From Mobula hypostoma (Eukaryota): a DNA stretch of 64,000 nucleotides. The notes beneath the pieces were generated by a model, which saw nothing but the letters and a program-made list of their open reading frames with translations, was not told the origin of the DNA and searched no databases. Each line of letters starts with the position of its first letter. The stretch's first letter is position 1. A program made the translations under genes and the position numbers. This document shows, in pieces, positions 25,171 through 37,837 of the stretch. Location: positions 21,330,001-21,394,000 of the forward strand of contig NC_086118.1 in assembly GCF_963921235.1 (NCBI RefSeq), given 5' to 3'.

Positions 25171-27529
25171 CAGATCTTTTAAACTCTCCATTATCTATAT
25201 ATATTTTATATAGTTTGTGTGTGACTATGTTTTTTCTCATTATATTGAATGTGCTGTGTATGTTTTGCACCGTGGCCCCAGAGGAAAGCTGTTTCGTTTG
25301 ACTGTATTCATGTATGGTTGAATGATAATTAAACTTGAATTTGATTTGAGTAATATTAACATACTGTTTGCTGCACCCGCCTGTTAGTCTTCAGTGACTT
25401 GTATACTGCCACAAGTCCCTTTAAAATATCAAGACTGCCCTATCTTTCACCATTTAATAAATACTCTACTATGCTCTTATGTGCATTAATTGCTATGTAC
25501 TGACTGGTCACTTTCAGACTACAGATCTCCTTTTCCTGATAACAAGGTCAGAGGTAAAAATCTCCTTGCATCCGAGACAGTGATGGTCTTGTTAGTCTAA
25601 AACAAGACCACCAACACACTTCGCAAGCTGCGTACTATCTATGCATCTGTATGTTCAACACACAGTGCCAAGTCCATGGTCACTCTTTTCATAATAACTG
25701 TCACTATTTCTCTTTCCCTCCTCCATAATCTTTCATTAAATATGAACAGATCTCCTGATCAAATTCCACCAGTTAATTTACCAAGTGTCCATTTTCTGTC
25801 CATCTTGTTCACAAAGCCAACATTGTGTGTGCAGTAGGGTTTGCATTAATAGCACTGAAACATAATTTAAAACATGTTTGAAAGAATCAGGGGTCAGCAT
25901 GCAGAAGAGAGATATGTATATTTATACTTTGTTTTCCTGCAAACGACTCTTTTAAATGTGCCAAAATAAATAGGTCGTGGTCTCTGTGACGGCTCCGTGC
26001 ATCCTTGCCTGAGGCATTCATGCTTATATTCAGCTTCAAGTAAAGCTAAAGGTTTGAAATTAATCTCCAACTTTGCTTAAAACAGCAGAGAGAGAAAAAA
26101 AATGACCAGTGCCTACACGATTGGATAGTGTTAAGGGTTTTGCAAGTAGGATTTAGATTTCCATTCTATTCACTCTGAAAGTGTCCAAGAATATTTTAGG
26201 TGAACTATTGTGATAATAGAGGCAAAATTATTTGACATTGATATTACAAACGTTTGTACTAGCAAATTCAGAACTCCAGATATGAACACTGCTGGGTGGC
26301 ACATGCAGAATAACAAACATCCCTTTACCTCATACAGTGGCGGGTTCATTACATTGGAGTGTTGCTATAAAGGTGCACATTCATTTATTTAAGGATCACA
26401 GGTGAAGAACACAAGGACATTTAAAGTTCTTTATGCAGGCTCCCATGAAATATAAAATGGCAAAAATCCATAAGAAGGGGAAAAGCATTTCAACTTTCAA
26501 AATAAAATGTCAATCATTCAAAGAAAACAACTATGTAATGAGATTTTCTTATTAGCAAAATGCAGAAATAACAGTTACTTATAAATTACCAAACACCATA
26601 ATATGAAGAATGCAGAACTTTCAAACATGCTTTTACCACTTAAGGCATATTCAGAATGTACATCTAAATCTGATGATGTCAGGAACACTTGCATCTCTTT
26701 TCGATCAACAGATTCCAAAATGTAAACCTATCAATTGGAAATCCCAATATTTTAATGCTCAGCTGTAAATATGGGGATTACAGTGAACTTTCTACCTCAT
26801 CATTCTTCAATGCAATAAAATACCTAGAGGGTTCACAAGAGCATTACCAGGTTCTGATACAATTACATATGAAAGTGTCAAGACAAAATCCTGGTTTGAA
26901 AGTGTTTAAAGAGCATATCTTAAAAAGTAAGTAAGAGAGTGAAAGGAGCAGAGAAGCAGGAGCGGAACACCAAACTTCATGGCCCAGATAATGACGCCAC
27001 AGCTGCCAGTGGGTGGACACTAGAACAAGAGAATTTACAGATCCTGGAGAAGATCTGATTACTGTCCTTCACACAACTGAAGGCGCTGCAAGTAATTTAT
27101 CACCTGTTTTCCTCTTTCAAGATTCACTGATCAAGACATTTTTTTTAAAAAAATCACCATTTTTCCCTTGAAGTCTGCTTGCTACCTAGATCTGACCTTG
27201 CTGAATAAACAGGAGTCCTTTTCACTGCAACACAATCTACTGCCTGACATGCTGATTTCATGCAACCTCCAACCCCCACAAGAGATTTCTATTTTTGTTA
27301 CGACCATGCAGTATCTACCGATCAATGTCCACAAAGTTTTTCTTCAGAATCCACTGAATAATTTGAACCGAAAGCTTCCATAATCAGATTGCCAAATTAT
27401 GGCTGAATGTTGGTTGTAGTCCAGCAGCCACATTCTGCATTTTGGCCATACAAGATTATTTTTTTCCCCTTCGCTTCTCTGTCCCTCCTCTCCTCTGCAC
27501 CTTTGTTAGACAGATTAGCTGTCATTAAC

Positions 27530-27721
27530 ACACTCCCCCTCCCCCTCCCACTTTCAAATCTCTTACTAGCTCTTCCTTCAGTTAGTCCTGACGAAGGGTC
27601 TCGTCCTGAAACGTCAACTGTACCTCTTCCTAGAGATGCTGCCTGGCCTGCTGCGTTCACCAGCAACCTTGATGTGTGTTGCTTGAATTTCCAGCACCTG
27701 CAGAATTCCTCGTGTTTGCGT
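27530..27721 (+). mobile_element. Short Penelope-derived element (3' pseudo-LTR only)
   Basis: 102/111 identical to the reverse complement of 15630-15740 by my manual count. Confidence 0.85.
27585..27620 (+). ncRNA. Minimal hammerhead ribozyme motif (helix I partly mismatched)
   Basis: GUC-CUGACGA-AGG(GUCUCGU)CCU-GAAAC-GUC^AACUG. Confidence 0.6.
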
Positions 27722-27904
27722 CTGTAAGAGTTTGTAGGTTCAACTTTAACTCCAAACACTTGTACCCAAAAATTTTAAACTGAGAATCCAGAGCTGCTCA
27801 CAAAAGGAATGTGAAATTGTTGAGGATGGAATCATTTGGATGTCTCACTAAACCTTCACTCTCAGGTGGACACAATAGACCCTGTTGAAGTGTATGACAA
27901 AGAG

Positions 27905-29195
27905 GGCACACGAAATGCTGGAGGAACTCAGTAAGTTAGGCAGCATCTATAGAGGAGAATAAACAGGCCAAGACCTTTCAAAAGGGCTCATCGACACTTT
28001 GTTGCTCAAGATTTCTAGCAGCTGCAGAAATTCTTCTGCTTATAAGCCTATAAGACATGGAAGCAGAACCAGACTATTCGATTGTGGCTGATTTATTTTC
28101 TCCCTCAACTCCATTCTCCTGCCTTCTCCACATACTCTTTACATTCGTACTGACGTTGAACCTATCAACCTCCACTTTAAGTATATCCAGTGACTTGACT
28201 TCCAGGGCCATCTGTGGCAATTAATTCCACAAATTCACCACTCTCTAGCTAAAGAAACTCTACTTTATCTCAAGTTCCTTCTATCCTGAAGCTGTACCAT
28301 TTCTACCGAGATTCTCCCACTATTGGAAACATCCTCTCCGTGTCTAGGCCTTTCAATATTCAGTACACGTCAATGAGATTCCCTCAACCCTCAGCACCAA
28401 TTATGTGGACGGGAATATGCGCACCATCCCCTTTCTGAAGTCAATGACCAGTTCTTTTTGGGAGTAAAATTGGAAGAAGATAGTCTTAGGCTACAAGGTG
28501 ATATTGATGTGATGGTGAAACAGGCCAAAAAATGGCAGATGGAGTTTAACTCTGATAAATGTATGGTGATTCTCTTTGGGAGTACCAATGTGGCTTGGGC
28601 CTGCACCATAAATGGCCAGGTGTTAAGATGCATTGAGGAACCGATGTCCAAAGATCCTTGAAGGTGGTAATCAAGGCTTCTGAGCACAGATGTAGGAAGG
28701 GTATACTCCAATTTTATGAAGTGTTGGTCAGACCTCAGCCAGAGTGCCAAGTGCAGTTCAGACCACCACTCTACCGAAAAGCTGTGACAGAAAGCAAGGA
28801 GATTCACCAGGTTGCCGCATTTTAATTATGAGGAGAGACTTAACGGGTCAAATTTGTTCACTACCTCAGTGTACTATGCACAGCATGGTCTGCCTGGATG
28901 GCACACAAATAAGAAGTTTTCCCACTCTATCTCGGTAGACTTGACAAATAATAAACCAATTGCACTCCAGATCCGAGGGGAACTTTCCTCACACAGACAG
29001 CGCCGATTTCCTGGAGTGCACTGCCTGAGCAGGGTGGAAGCAAGGTCACTAACAGCACTTGAGGTGTCACAATGAGCACATGAATGACAGAGGCAATGAA
29101 GGCTAAGGGCCAAGTGCTGGAAGATGTTGGTTAGAGTGGACATAGGTATAATTCAGACCTTGGATAGTGGGTGAAATAGCCTGTCTCCATGTTGT
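27905..29195. mobile_element. Mosaic of a Penelope fragment (27905-28040), CR1 minus (28045-28390) and CR1 plus (28460-29195) with a nested LINE tail
   Basis: LRLQGDID..AKKWQMEFNSDKC peptide and CR1 3' UTR remnants. Confidence 0.65.
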
Positions 29196-30419
29196 TGACT
29201 CTCTACAAAGAAACCTCCAGAAATAAAACAAACCAGAATATGAATCTATAATGCAATATTTTCCAAGACATGCTTGGGGTGGGAAACACGTGCAGTCCAC
29301 AGGTGACATGGTTATCAGCAGCTTGGAAACAATTAAAAAAAACACAAATGTCCTTTTAAAAATATCTTTGAAAACATTATAATTAGTAGGATGCATCCTC
29401 TTCCCAAGTTTAACTTGAAGGATCAAAACTGAATCACGAAATGCAGCTCATGTTGTAACATGTAATCAGAATGATTGTTGCTTGTATTAGCAACTATGAT
29501 GTATTACAACTATTGTGAAATCTATTTACTTAAAGTGAATGTGAATGAACATTAATTACCAATTTAATTGCAAAGAACAAGTTATTTTGCCTAACACCAT
29601 TCAATGCAATCAGCCACAAATTCAGTGAAACCTCAAGAATATATTAATAAAAAATCAAGACTTCCCTATACACAGACATCACATCTTATTTCAGTTTGTG
29701 AGATTTACACCATTTTGGAATAGTTCAACTTTTAAAAAAGTTAGCAAGACAATCATTGCTCCTGATTGCATCTCCAAATAGCACTCAGTTTTCCATATAT
29801 TTGGTTCATCAATGGCATGAACTGTGGCAAATCCTGAATAAAAAGGGAAAAGAAATCCAGGGTCTGAATTACACCAATTTCTCTCTTTTCTCTGTCTCTC
29901 TCTCTCCCTCTCCCCCCCCCCCCCAACTGCTTCTGATCTCCAGTGGGAAGTATTCTCTCGCTTTGTAGCCCTTCTAAGTCAGGTCAAATAATGCATGTTT
30001 GGTGTTAATTATAGCAACATTCAGTATTCAGTGGGAAGCAAACTCATCTCTATGAAGGATTCACACTCCAGAGATCAATGACTAAATATCCTATTGGCAT
30101 TCCTCTACAGCACTGTAAGGAACTACAGTGTTCGCCTTCTTCCCCACAATAATCAAACTTAGGAATCAGATTTCAGATTTAGTTTTATCAATCACCTCTT
30201 TCATATCCTCTTCCAGGTGCTGCTAGTGCTTGAACCCTTACTTCTTCCGTTCTTGTCAATATAGTGTTTATTTTTGCACTGATTCAGTTTGCATTATACT
30301 TCACACCATTCTGTTGCTTTGTTTGCTGTACTTACTGTATTTGTTACTGCTGTGTATACTTTCCACTGTGAGCATCACACAACCAATGAACTTCATTGGT
30401 GTATATGCCAATACACCTT

Positions 30420-30582
30420 CTTATTCTGGCATCTTACCCCTTTCTTTCCAGTCCTAAAGAAAGGTCTCGGCCCAAAATGCCAACTGTTTATTCATTTCCA
30501 CAGATGCTGCCTGACCTGCTGAGTTCCTCCAGCATTTTGTGTGTGTTGCTTTGGATATCCAGCATGTGCAAAATTTCTCCTG
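30420..30582 (+). mobile_element. Short Penelope-derived element
   Basis: ccagtcctaaagaaaggtctcggcccaaaatg..gatgctgcctgacctgctgagttcctccagcattttgtgtgtgttg. Confidence 0.75.
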
Positions 30583-31029
30583 TACAGTGTCTGACAATAA
30601 ACTAATCTGAATCTGAGGTGGTGTCAGGAATCAAGGTCCCATTTGTCTCCTCAAATAAAAGATCCCATGCACTATTCCAAAATAAAAGTTACCAGTGGTA
30701 TCCACATTAGTGTTTATCCCCATTCAATAATATAAACTAATCACACTATAGACGACAGAAACTAAGAGAATGAATCAACAATCTCAATTTCCACATTAAA
30801 ACTACAACTAGATTTCATAACTACTTCACTAATGGCCTTTCTTTGGGTGGCAACTTTTGCAGGCTGCCCCAGAACATCCTTAGGATCTGCTGGTTGTTCA
30901 CGCAACCAATACATATCACTGTATGTTTTGATGTACATATGATAAATAAATTAATCTAAATCTGAGGTCAGAAGTGAGGTTGTTTACTGGTGATTGCACA
31001 TTGTTCCAATTCTATTCACAACTGCTTGG

Positions 31030-31800
31030 CAAATGTTGTCCACAGCTGCCTGCAGCAAGACCTAGACAACATACCAGCATGACAAGATAAATGGCAAATT
31101 ATACACAAGAGAACACTTAACTATCCTTGACACTGAATGGCATAACCATTGTAGGGTTCACCTACATCAATGTATAGGGTATCACCATTGAACAGAAACT
31201 CAGTTGTAAATCCTTTATTAAAATGGCTTTAGCAAGAGAAGGTTAGAGGTTGGGCATCCCGCACTGATACTCTTTTGCTGCACATTCTTTCCACTATCAG
31301 CAAGATACAAGCTTGGAAATTTGTGCCATCTTCTCCACCTGCCTGGAAAAATACAGCTCCAATGGTAGCCAAGATACTCAATATAATACAGGACAAAGCC
31401 ACATAATTGACAGGAACCCCAACCACTAAACAATTCATTTTCTTAACTTCTGCTTGCCATGGCTGCACTGTATATCATTTACACCTCAAAGAATGACAAG
31501 AGCTTCAGATGTGTGGGAATGACAGTGCTGCACATTCCCTTCCAAACTGTACACTACCCTGACAATGAAACATATCACGGTCCTCCAGGGTCAAAATCTT
31601 GGAACTCTATCAACGTGGATTCTTGAGTACCAACACCCTAAGTCATGGTGTCATAGAGTTGTGCAGCATAGAAAAAAAGCCCCACGACGCCTACCCTGAC
31701 CTTTTTTGTCCATCTATATGAATCCAATTTGTCCATATTAGGAGTGATTCATAATCTTAAGAACTGCAGAGGTTCAAAGTTGTGGCCTAACACCATCTGA
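31030..31800 (+). mobile_element. Very old CR1/L2-group LINE fragment
   Basis: gcctgcagcaagacctagacaacat..aaatggcaa (LQQDLDNI..KWQ) and ggggtatcaccattgaacagaaact-like segments. Confidence 0.45.
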
Positions 31801-33409
31801 AAGGCATTTAATACATTTTGCATTGCATATTTCTGATAAAAATGGAATACATTTTAAAAAGCCAATTAAACAAAGCAATGTGCAAAACGCTGAAAGCATG
31901 TACGACCTTTTAAACTACAGCCAAACAACTCTATTTAGAACTAAAAATAATATATTACCCAATTAAAATGCTCTCATTGTTGCATCTTATTAGAGTGATT
32001 ATTGAAGGACTTTCTGAAGTTCACAGTTGTACAACGTAATTTAACACACTATCCAAACCAAACCAGAACAAAAGCACTGCCACTTAAAGCAGAATAATTT
32101 ACTCATATATTAAAATTACTTGCTTTAATTTAGAAAAGAGTGCATTCTTGACACGTGCTCATCACTTGCAGGGCCAGCATTTATTGCCTGTCAGCAATTA
32201 CCCTTGGGAAGATGATTACTTGTTTCCCCGAGGAGCTTTACACAGTGCTTGAAGATTACTGTGTGCAAACTGGATAGCCCATATTCTATGTTATAATAAT
32301 CATCACACTAGGTATTTTACGGGCTGTAAGGTGACTTGGGATCTCCTCAAAGTGACATGAAAAGCCCTACGAAATTCAACAGTAAATGAAAAGATATTTT
32401 TTAAAAATAGAAATATTGAAAATCTGAAATAAAACAAAAAATGCGGGAAACCGGCAGCATGTGGACAGAGAAAAAGTTAATGTGTGAAGTGTCCCAGGCC
32501 TGAAGCAACAACTGTTATAAATCTGAAAACAGACAAACACAAAATGATTGACAAGTGCCTACCCTCAAACAACTAAACCACGTCCACTGCACTATTCGAG
32601 AACATACTGGCGTCTGGACCAATTCATGTGCCCTTCCATCAACTGCCAATCAGTTCCGATAATAAACGTAAATATGGAGTGTCTGTTTATCAGAAAATAG
32701 CGTAGGAACTTGATGAACATTACCATCTTTCAAGGTTTATTTGCAAGGTTATAGAAGATCATTGGACAGTTGGAGAATCTGCTCTTTACCCAATCTGACC
32801 CCAAACCACAGCTGGAAGTGAACCTTATAATAAGCAATGGAGAAGAGCAGAAAGTAGCCCAATTACAAAAGAATCTGCAATTAATAGATAAGAGTGGTGA
32901 TGGGTGGTGGGGGAGGAAAGAGATGGTGTGATAGCCCATTGAGTAGACTGGTTGCATATTATCTAGAGTGTAGAAGAGAGAGGTTTCAATGAAATTTACA
33001 CCATTTTTATAGGGCTCAACAAGTTAGAGGTAGCTTCCCCTGTATAGGGAGCCCAGAATCAACTGTGACCCCTGACTTACACTCTTTTAAGTTCACTTTT
33101 TCACATAGCTCTTTTATCCATTTATTTGCACCTTTCTTTTGGCACGGGCCACTCTCCACTTATCTCCTTTACACAATATAAAGTTTCCCCTCAGCTATGG
33201 TTTGGGGTTAGATCAGTTCAAGTTGAAATTTCGAAACTGTTCAATGGTTTTCTACAATAGGGGAAGACAATCTCTAGCCCACATGATGATGGTGGTGGTG
33301 GGTGGAGAGGCTCAATCAGAGTTTTTCAATAAGACTGACAGATTATTGGACATTAAGGGAATTGAAGGACATTGCAGGAAAACTGAGATGGTGCTCGACA
33401 GTGACTTCT

Positions 33410-34200
33410 TGGAGCTCATCAGCAGAAACAGCTTAATTTCTACCTTTAATGTCTCTTTTTTTCCCTTTACAAGGTGGATGGGGTTCTGTCAAAGACCCTG
33501 ACCCTAGAGCTACACTAAAACTCTTTTTTTTTTGCAATGATGAGACCCGCTCCCAGGGGTCATCGACCGGTCGGTTTTCGGTATCCCAAGGACCTGAGGC
33601 TTTGCGGCCCTGGGGACAAGCCCATTCTACGCCAGTGCCGCTGAGTGAAGTGTCACGGGAGAAAACGGAACATCGGGAAAGGTGGATCAGCTGTCAGGGG
33701 CCCCGTACTTGGATCACACTCTTTTTCTCTTTGGTGGGGGTGAGTTTGTTGCCGATTCTCAAGTCAGAGAACTCGGGGTAAAAAAGCAGCATGGCTGACT
33801 GAAACACCATAAATCAGAGAGTTGTTTGTCTTTGTTGTTCTCCCCTCTCACTGTGAAAGGGTGACACCTTTCTGTCCCTTTATTAGAGAGCCTGCGTTAT
33901 GTTGAATCGTCGGGTGAATGATTAGTCTTTGTTTTACTGCAGATCATGGTCTTTCTTGGGGGCTTTAATATTGCTTGCTTAGTGGGTGGAGGGTGCTGAT
34001 GTGTTTTTTTTTGCTGACATAACTGGGTGAGGAGAAGGGTCATTGCTTATTGCATGGGTGGAGTAGGGGGGTTGGGGTGCTAACAATTTTACTGTCACTC
34101 ATTCTTTGGGGCACTCTGTTTTCGTAGGTGTCTGCGAAAAACATGAATTTCAGGTTGTATATTGTATACGTTCTCTGACATTAAATGGAACTATTGAACA
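33410..34200 (+). mobile_element. Non-autonomous retroelement inserted into a CR1 3' end (CR1 pieces at about 32940-33410 and 34200-34255)
   Basis: LINE-type tail tctctgacattaaatggaactattgaac. The CR1 3' UTR resumes with gaatagcagagcaggttcgaaaagtcaaatggcctcctcct. Confidence 0.55.
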
Positions 34201-34369
34201 ATCTTGCTGAATAGCAGAGCAGGTTCGAAAAGTCAAATGGCCTCCTCCTACTCATAAATGTTTATCAAGGAATTAACGTTGAAACATATGCGTAAAAACA
34301 TTGAAAAAAGCCCATTTTCAATAAATATCATAAATTGATACAGGTAGACCTGTAAATGGGATATATGTG

Positions 34370-35066
34370 TGTAATACCCTGGTTAAGATTTCTACTGCTA
34401 TGCTGTAAGATAGTTTACTTTAGCAGTTTTCTGTAAAAGCAGTGAACCATGCTGGAAAGAGTGTTTCGGCTTTGGCTAAAGTTAAGGAGCCATGTTGTCC
34501 AATTTAGGAATGTGTGTCAGCCAATCAGGATTGCGGGACGTGAGAGAAAGTTCTGGAGAGCTGTCGGGAAGAGTTTTCTGATGAACAGTAGTCTGGTTTG
34601 AGGTTTTGATGGGAGCTGTGGAGCGGGGTACAAGGGAAGATGCCGCAGTATGCCGTTGGAAGGAGAGTTCCCGTTGCAAGAAGTGCTTTGCGCAGATGAA
34701 TGGCTCCAAGGAGGAAGGGCCAATACTCCTGAGAGAGAGCCTGTTAGTTCGAGATGGTCTTCGAGGGAAGTTTGGAATGTGGCGAGTGCTTTCACACAGA
34801 CCACAAGACATAGGAGCAGAATTAGGCTCTGGGTCCAGTGTGTAAGTAAAGAGATACACCCCCGATTACTCCAGTATGAGTTCCAATGGTCATGTGCACA
34901 TTGGACTTGTTTAACTGTAACGGATCCTTTTATTTTCTTTTCTTTTTCTGTAACCATTTGTTAAAACTTGAAAATCTGGTAAAAAAAATACTTTCTTTAT
35001 AATTTTACACTGGTGTGCGCTCTGTCATTTATGGACTACTGAAAACTGTGTATGGGGCAGTATTTA
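34370..35066. mobile_element. Probable LTR (Gypsy-type), right end lost at a Penelope insertion
   Basis: Starts TGTAATACCC and has a CCAAT box (agccaatcagga). Overall architecture resembles 53003-53597. No terminal CA visible. Confidence 0.5.
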
Positions 35067-35620
35067 AGCAACACACACAAAATGCTACAGGAACTCAGCA
35101 GGTCAGGCAGCACCTATGCAAAGGAATAAACAGTCGATACTTCGTGTCAAGACCCTTCATCAGGACTGGAGAGGAAGGGGGACGATGCCAGAATAAAAAA
35201 AAGTGGGGGGAAGAGAAGACGACAAGCTAGAAGGTGAGAGGCAAAGCTAGGTGGGTGGGAAAGGTAAAGGGGCTGGAGAAGAAGGAATCTGATAGGGAGA
35301 GGAGAGTGGACCAGAGGAGAAGGGGTAAGAGGGATCCGGTTGAAGATGGCGGAAGATATGGAGAATGACAAGATGGATGCGGAGGCTTATGGGGTGGTAG
35401 GTGAGGATAAGAAGAACTCTATCCTGTTAGGGCAGCAGGAAGGTGAGGAATGGAAAAGATGCGGGTGAGGGCAATATCAATGGTGAAGTAAGGGAAATCC
35501 CATTCTTTGAAGAAGGGGGGTATCTTTGATGTCCTGGAAAGGAAAGCCTCATCCAAGAAACAAATGCAGCAGCGATGAAGGAACTGAGAAGAGGGTATGT
35601 CGTTTTTACAGGAGACAGGA
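35067..35620 (-). mobile_element. Deleted Penelope-like element
   Basis: Pseudo-LTR homologous to 10725-10990 plus RT-thumb remnants homologous to 16600-16860. Confidence 0.75.
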
Positions 35621-35907
35621 TGGCAAGAAGGCTTATGTTTTGTTGGCCTTCTTTATTCATGGGGGGGGCAGTGTTGAGTTCAAGAGCCGCAAGACAGTGT
35701 TGCAGCTCTATAAAACTCTGGTTAAACCACACATGCACTACTGTGTTCAGTACGGATGCTTCATTATAAGGATGTGGAAGCTTTAGAGTGGCTGTAGGGG
35801 AGATTCACCAGGCTTTTTGGAAGCATAAAGGGAATGCCCTTTTCCCAGGTAGCAATGGTTAATACAAGAGGAATTAACTTTAAAGTAACTGGAGGAAAGA
35901 ATTGGGG

Positions 35908-35945
<38 letters not shown>

Positions 35946-36150
35946 ACAGAGAGTGGTAAATGAATGGAACACACTGCCAGGGTTGTGGTAGAGGCAGATA
36001 CATTAGAGACATTTAAGAGACTCTTAGATAGGCACATGGATGAAAGAAAAATGGAGGGTTATGTGGAGGGGAGAGTTAAGATTGATTTTGAAGACGGTCA
36101 AAAGGTCGCCCTAACTTCGCGGTCCGAAAAGGGCCTGTACTGTTCTATGT
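35620..36150 (+). mobile_element. CR1 3' fragment
   Basis: LQLYKTLVKPHMHYCVQ and VVEADTLETFKRLLDRHM peptides. Confidence 0.8.
35909..35942. repeat. (TG)17 microsatellite
   Basis: Direct read. Confidence 0.95.
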
Positions 36151-36709
36151 TCCGTAAGAGTGATGCCAACTCTAATTGCTGCTGATAAGGAAATAGCTTT
36201 TATTTTGCAGAAAGGAATCTAATGTGAACAAGGACACTCTACAATACCATCCATTCAGATATCTGGTTAGAGTGCTCATTTGCATTGGTAGAATTAACTC
36301 ATTAAGCTTGCTTTATTGTCATCTTGATAGATGTATGGTTGAGCCAGTCTTATTGAAATGTTTTATCTCCACAAAGATAGTGAAGTTTAACAAAAGAGTT
36401 ATCTGCATCTGTTTTATACTCATCAGAAATGGAGAACTTAAAATCGGTCTGGGGTTTCCCTCGATTTCAAAACTGAACAGTTCATCTGCAATTGTAAACT
36501 TCAAAAGGAAGTTACACTTCTGCACCTCAAATATCACAGTCAGGAAAAAAAAAGCTATGGGCTCAGGAACAAAACACGATTTCAGCATTCCTTGGGAATT
36601 CTCTTTAAGACAATCAATCACATACTTGAGGAGACCATTTCAATGTGTGCAAGGGGACAGCTACACTTACTACTACTGAAGAAATTGAATTGCTTTATCA
36701 TTTCCTTTC

Positions 36710-37800
36710 GAAGAATCATAGAAGATTTATGACATACAGTGGAAGCATCATATCCCTAATAGTTGAAAAACAGTTATCCAGACTAACCTCACCTTCCAGC
36801 ACTGTTTCTGTAACCCTCTAGGTTATGGCTCTTACAGCACAAGTCCATTTTTAAATTTAGGGATGGAGATTTATGTTTCTTTCACTCCGTCAGTTTGCAA
36901 GCTCCAGATCCATACTACTCTTGATGGAAAATATCTTGTCAATATCCCTCTAAACCTTCTGTCAATGACTTTATTATATTCCCTGGCTTTTGACCTTCCT
37001 TCTAAATGAAATAGACCCTTTATATTTATCCACATAATTCAATGCACTTCAATTAAATCTCCCCCCAAACTCTTCTGTTCCAAACAAAATTACCCTCAAC
37101 TAACCAATCTTTCCTCAAAGACAACTGTTTTCAGTCATGGCAACTAACGACGTCCTTCAAGAAAGGGCCTCAGCCTGAAACGTCCTTTATTCCTCTCCCA
37201 AGATGCTGCTGGCCTGCTGAGTTCCTCCAGCATTTTGTGTGTTTTATTCTGGATTTCCAACGTTTGCAGAATCTCTTGTGTCTATGTCTAGGCCATTCTG
37301 GTACCCTTATCTTTCTTCAGCCATCTTTATCATACATGGCTCCAGACCTAACATGGTGAGTCTCAATTATTCTGTTCAAGGACAGTGAAGTATTGGTCCA
37401 TACCAGTGGTACTGACAGCAATGTCCTCAATCAGAACAATTTTTAAATAATCTTCAAAAATCATCTGCACACTGTCCAGCGCAATCACATCTTTCTGGCA
37501 GTGCAGTGACCAGAAACTGTGGCCTAATTAGTGTTGCAGTGCATGTCCTCCCTGCTTTTATATTCTCTTCCATGCTAATGAAGGAAAACATCCTATATGA
37601 TATCTTAAACATCTTATAAATTTATCAACTAGTCTAGCTACTTTTAAGCTGCTGTATTCTTTTCCTCCAATGTTTCAGCATCCTACTATTTACTGTGTAT
37701 TTCCTCGCCATATTGGGCATCTTTTATAGCGTCCTCTCATATTTCTCCAGTTTGAATTCCATTTGCCAACATTCTCCCCAACTGGCTACATCATTTACAT
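36710..37800 (-). mobile_element. Old CR1 fragment with a nested Penelope short element (about 37150-37285, + strand)
   Basis: aattaaatctccccccaaac and gtgaccagaaactg CR1 remnants. gcctgaaacgtc..gatgctgctggcctgctgagttcctccag Penelope terminus. Confidence 0.55.
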
Positions 37801-37837
37801 CTTCAAGTTAAGCTACGACACCCTAACCCAACTCCCT

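Noticed and set aside
36224..36679. Overlapping 151 aa (+) and 100 aa (-) ORFs in non-repeat sequence
   Set aside because: No recognisable domain, no convincing splice sites, and composition typical of random AT-rich ORFs.
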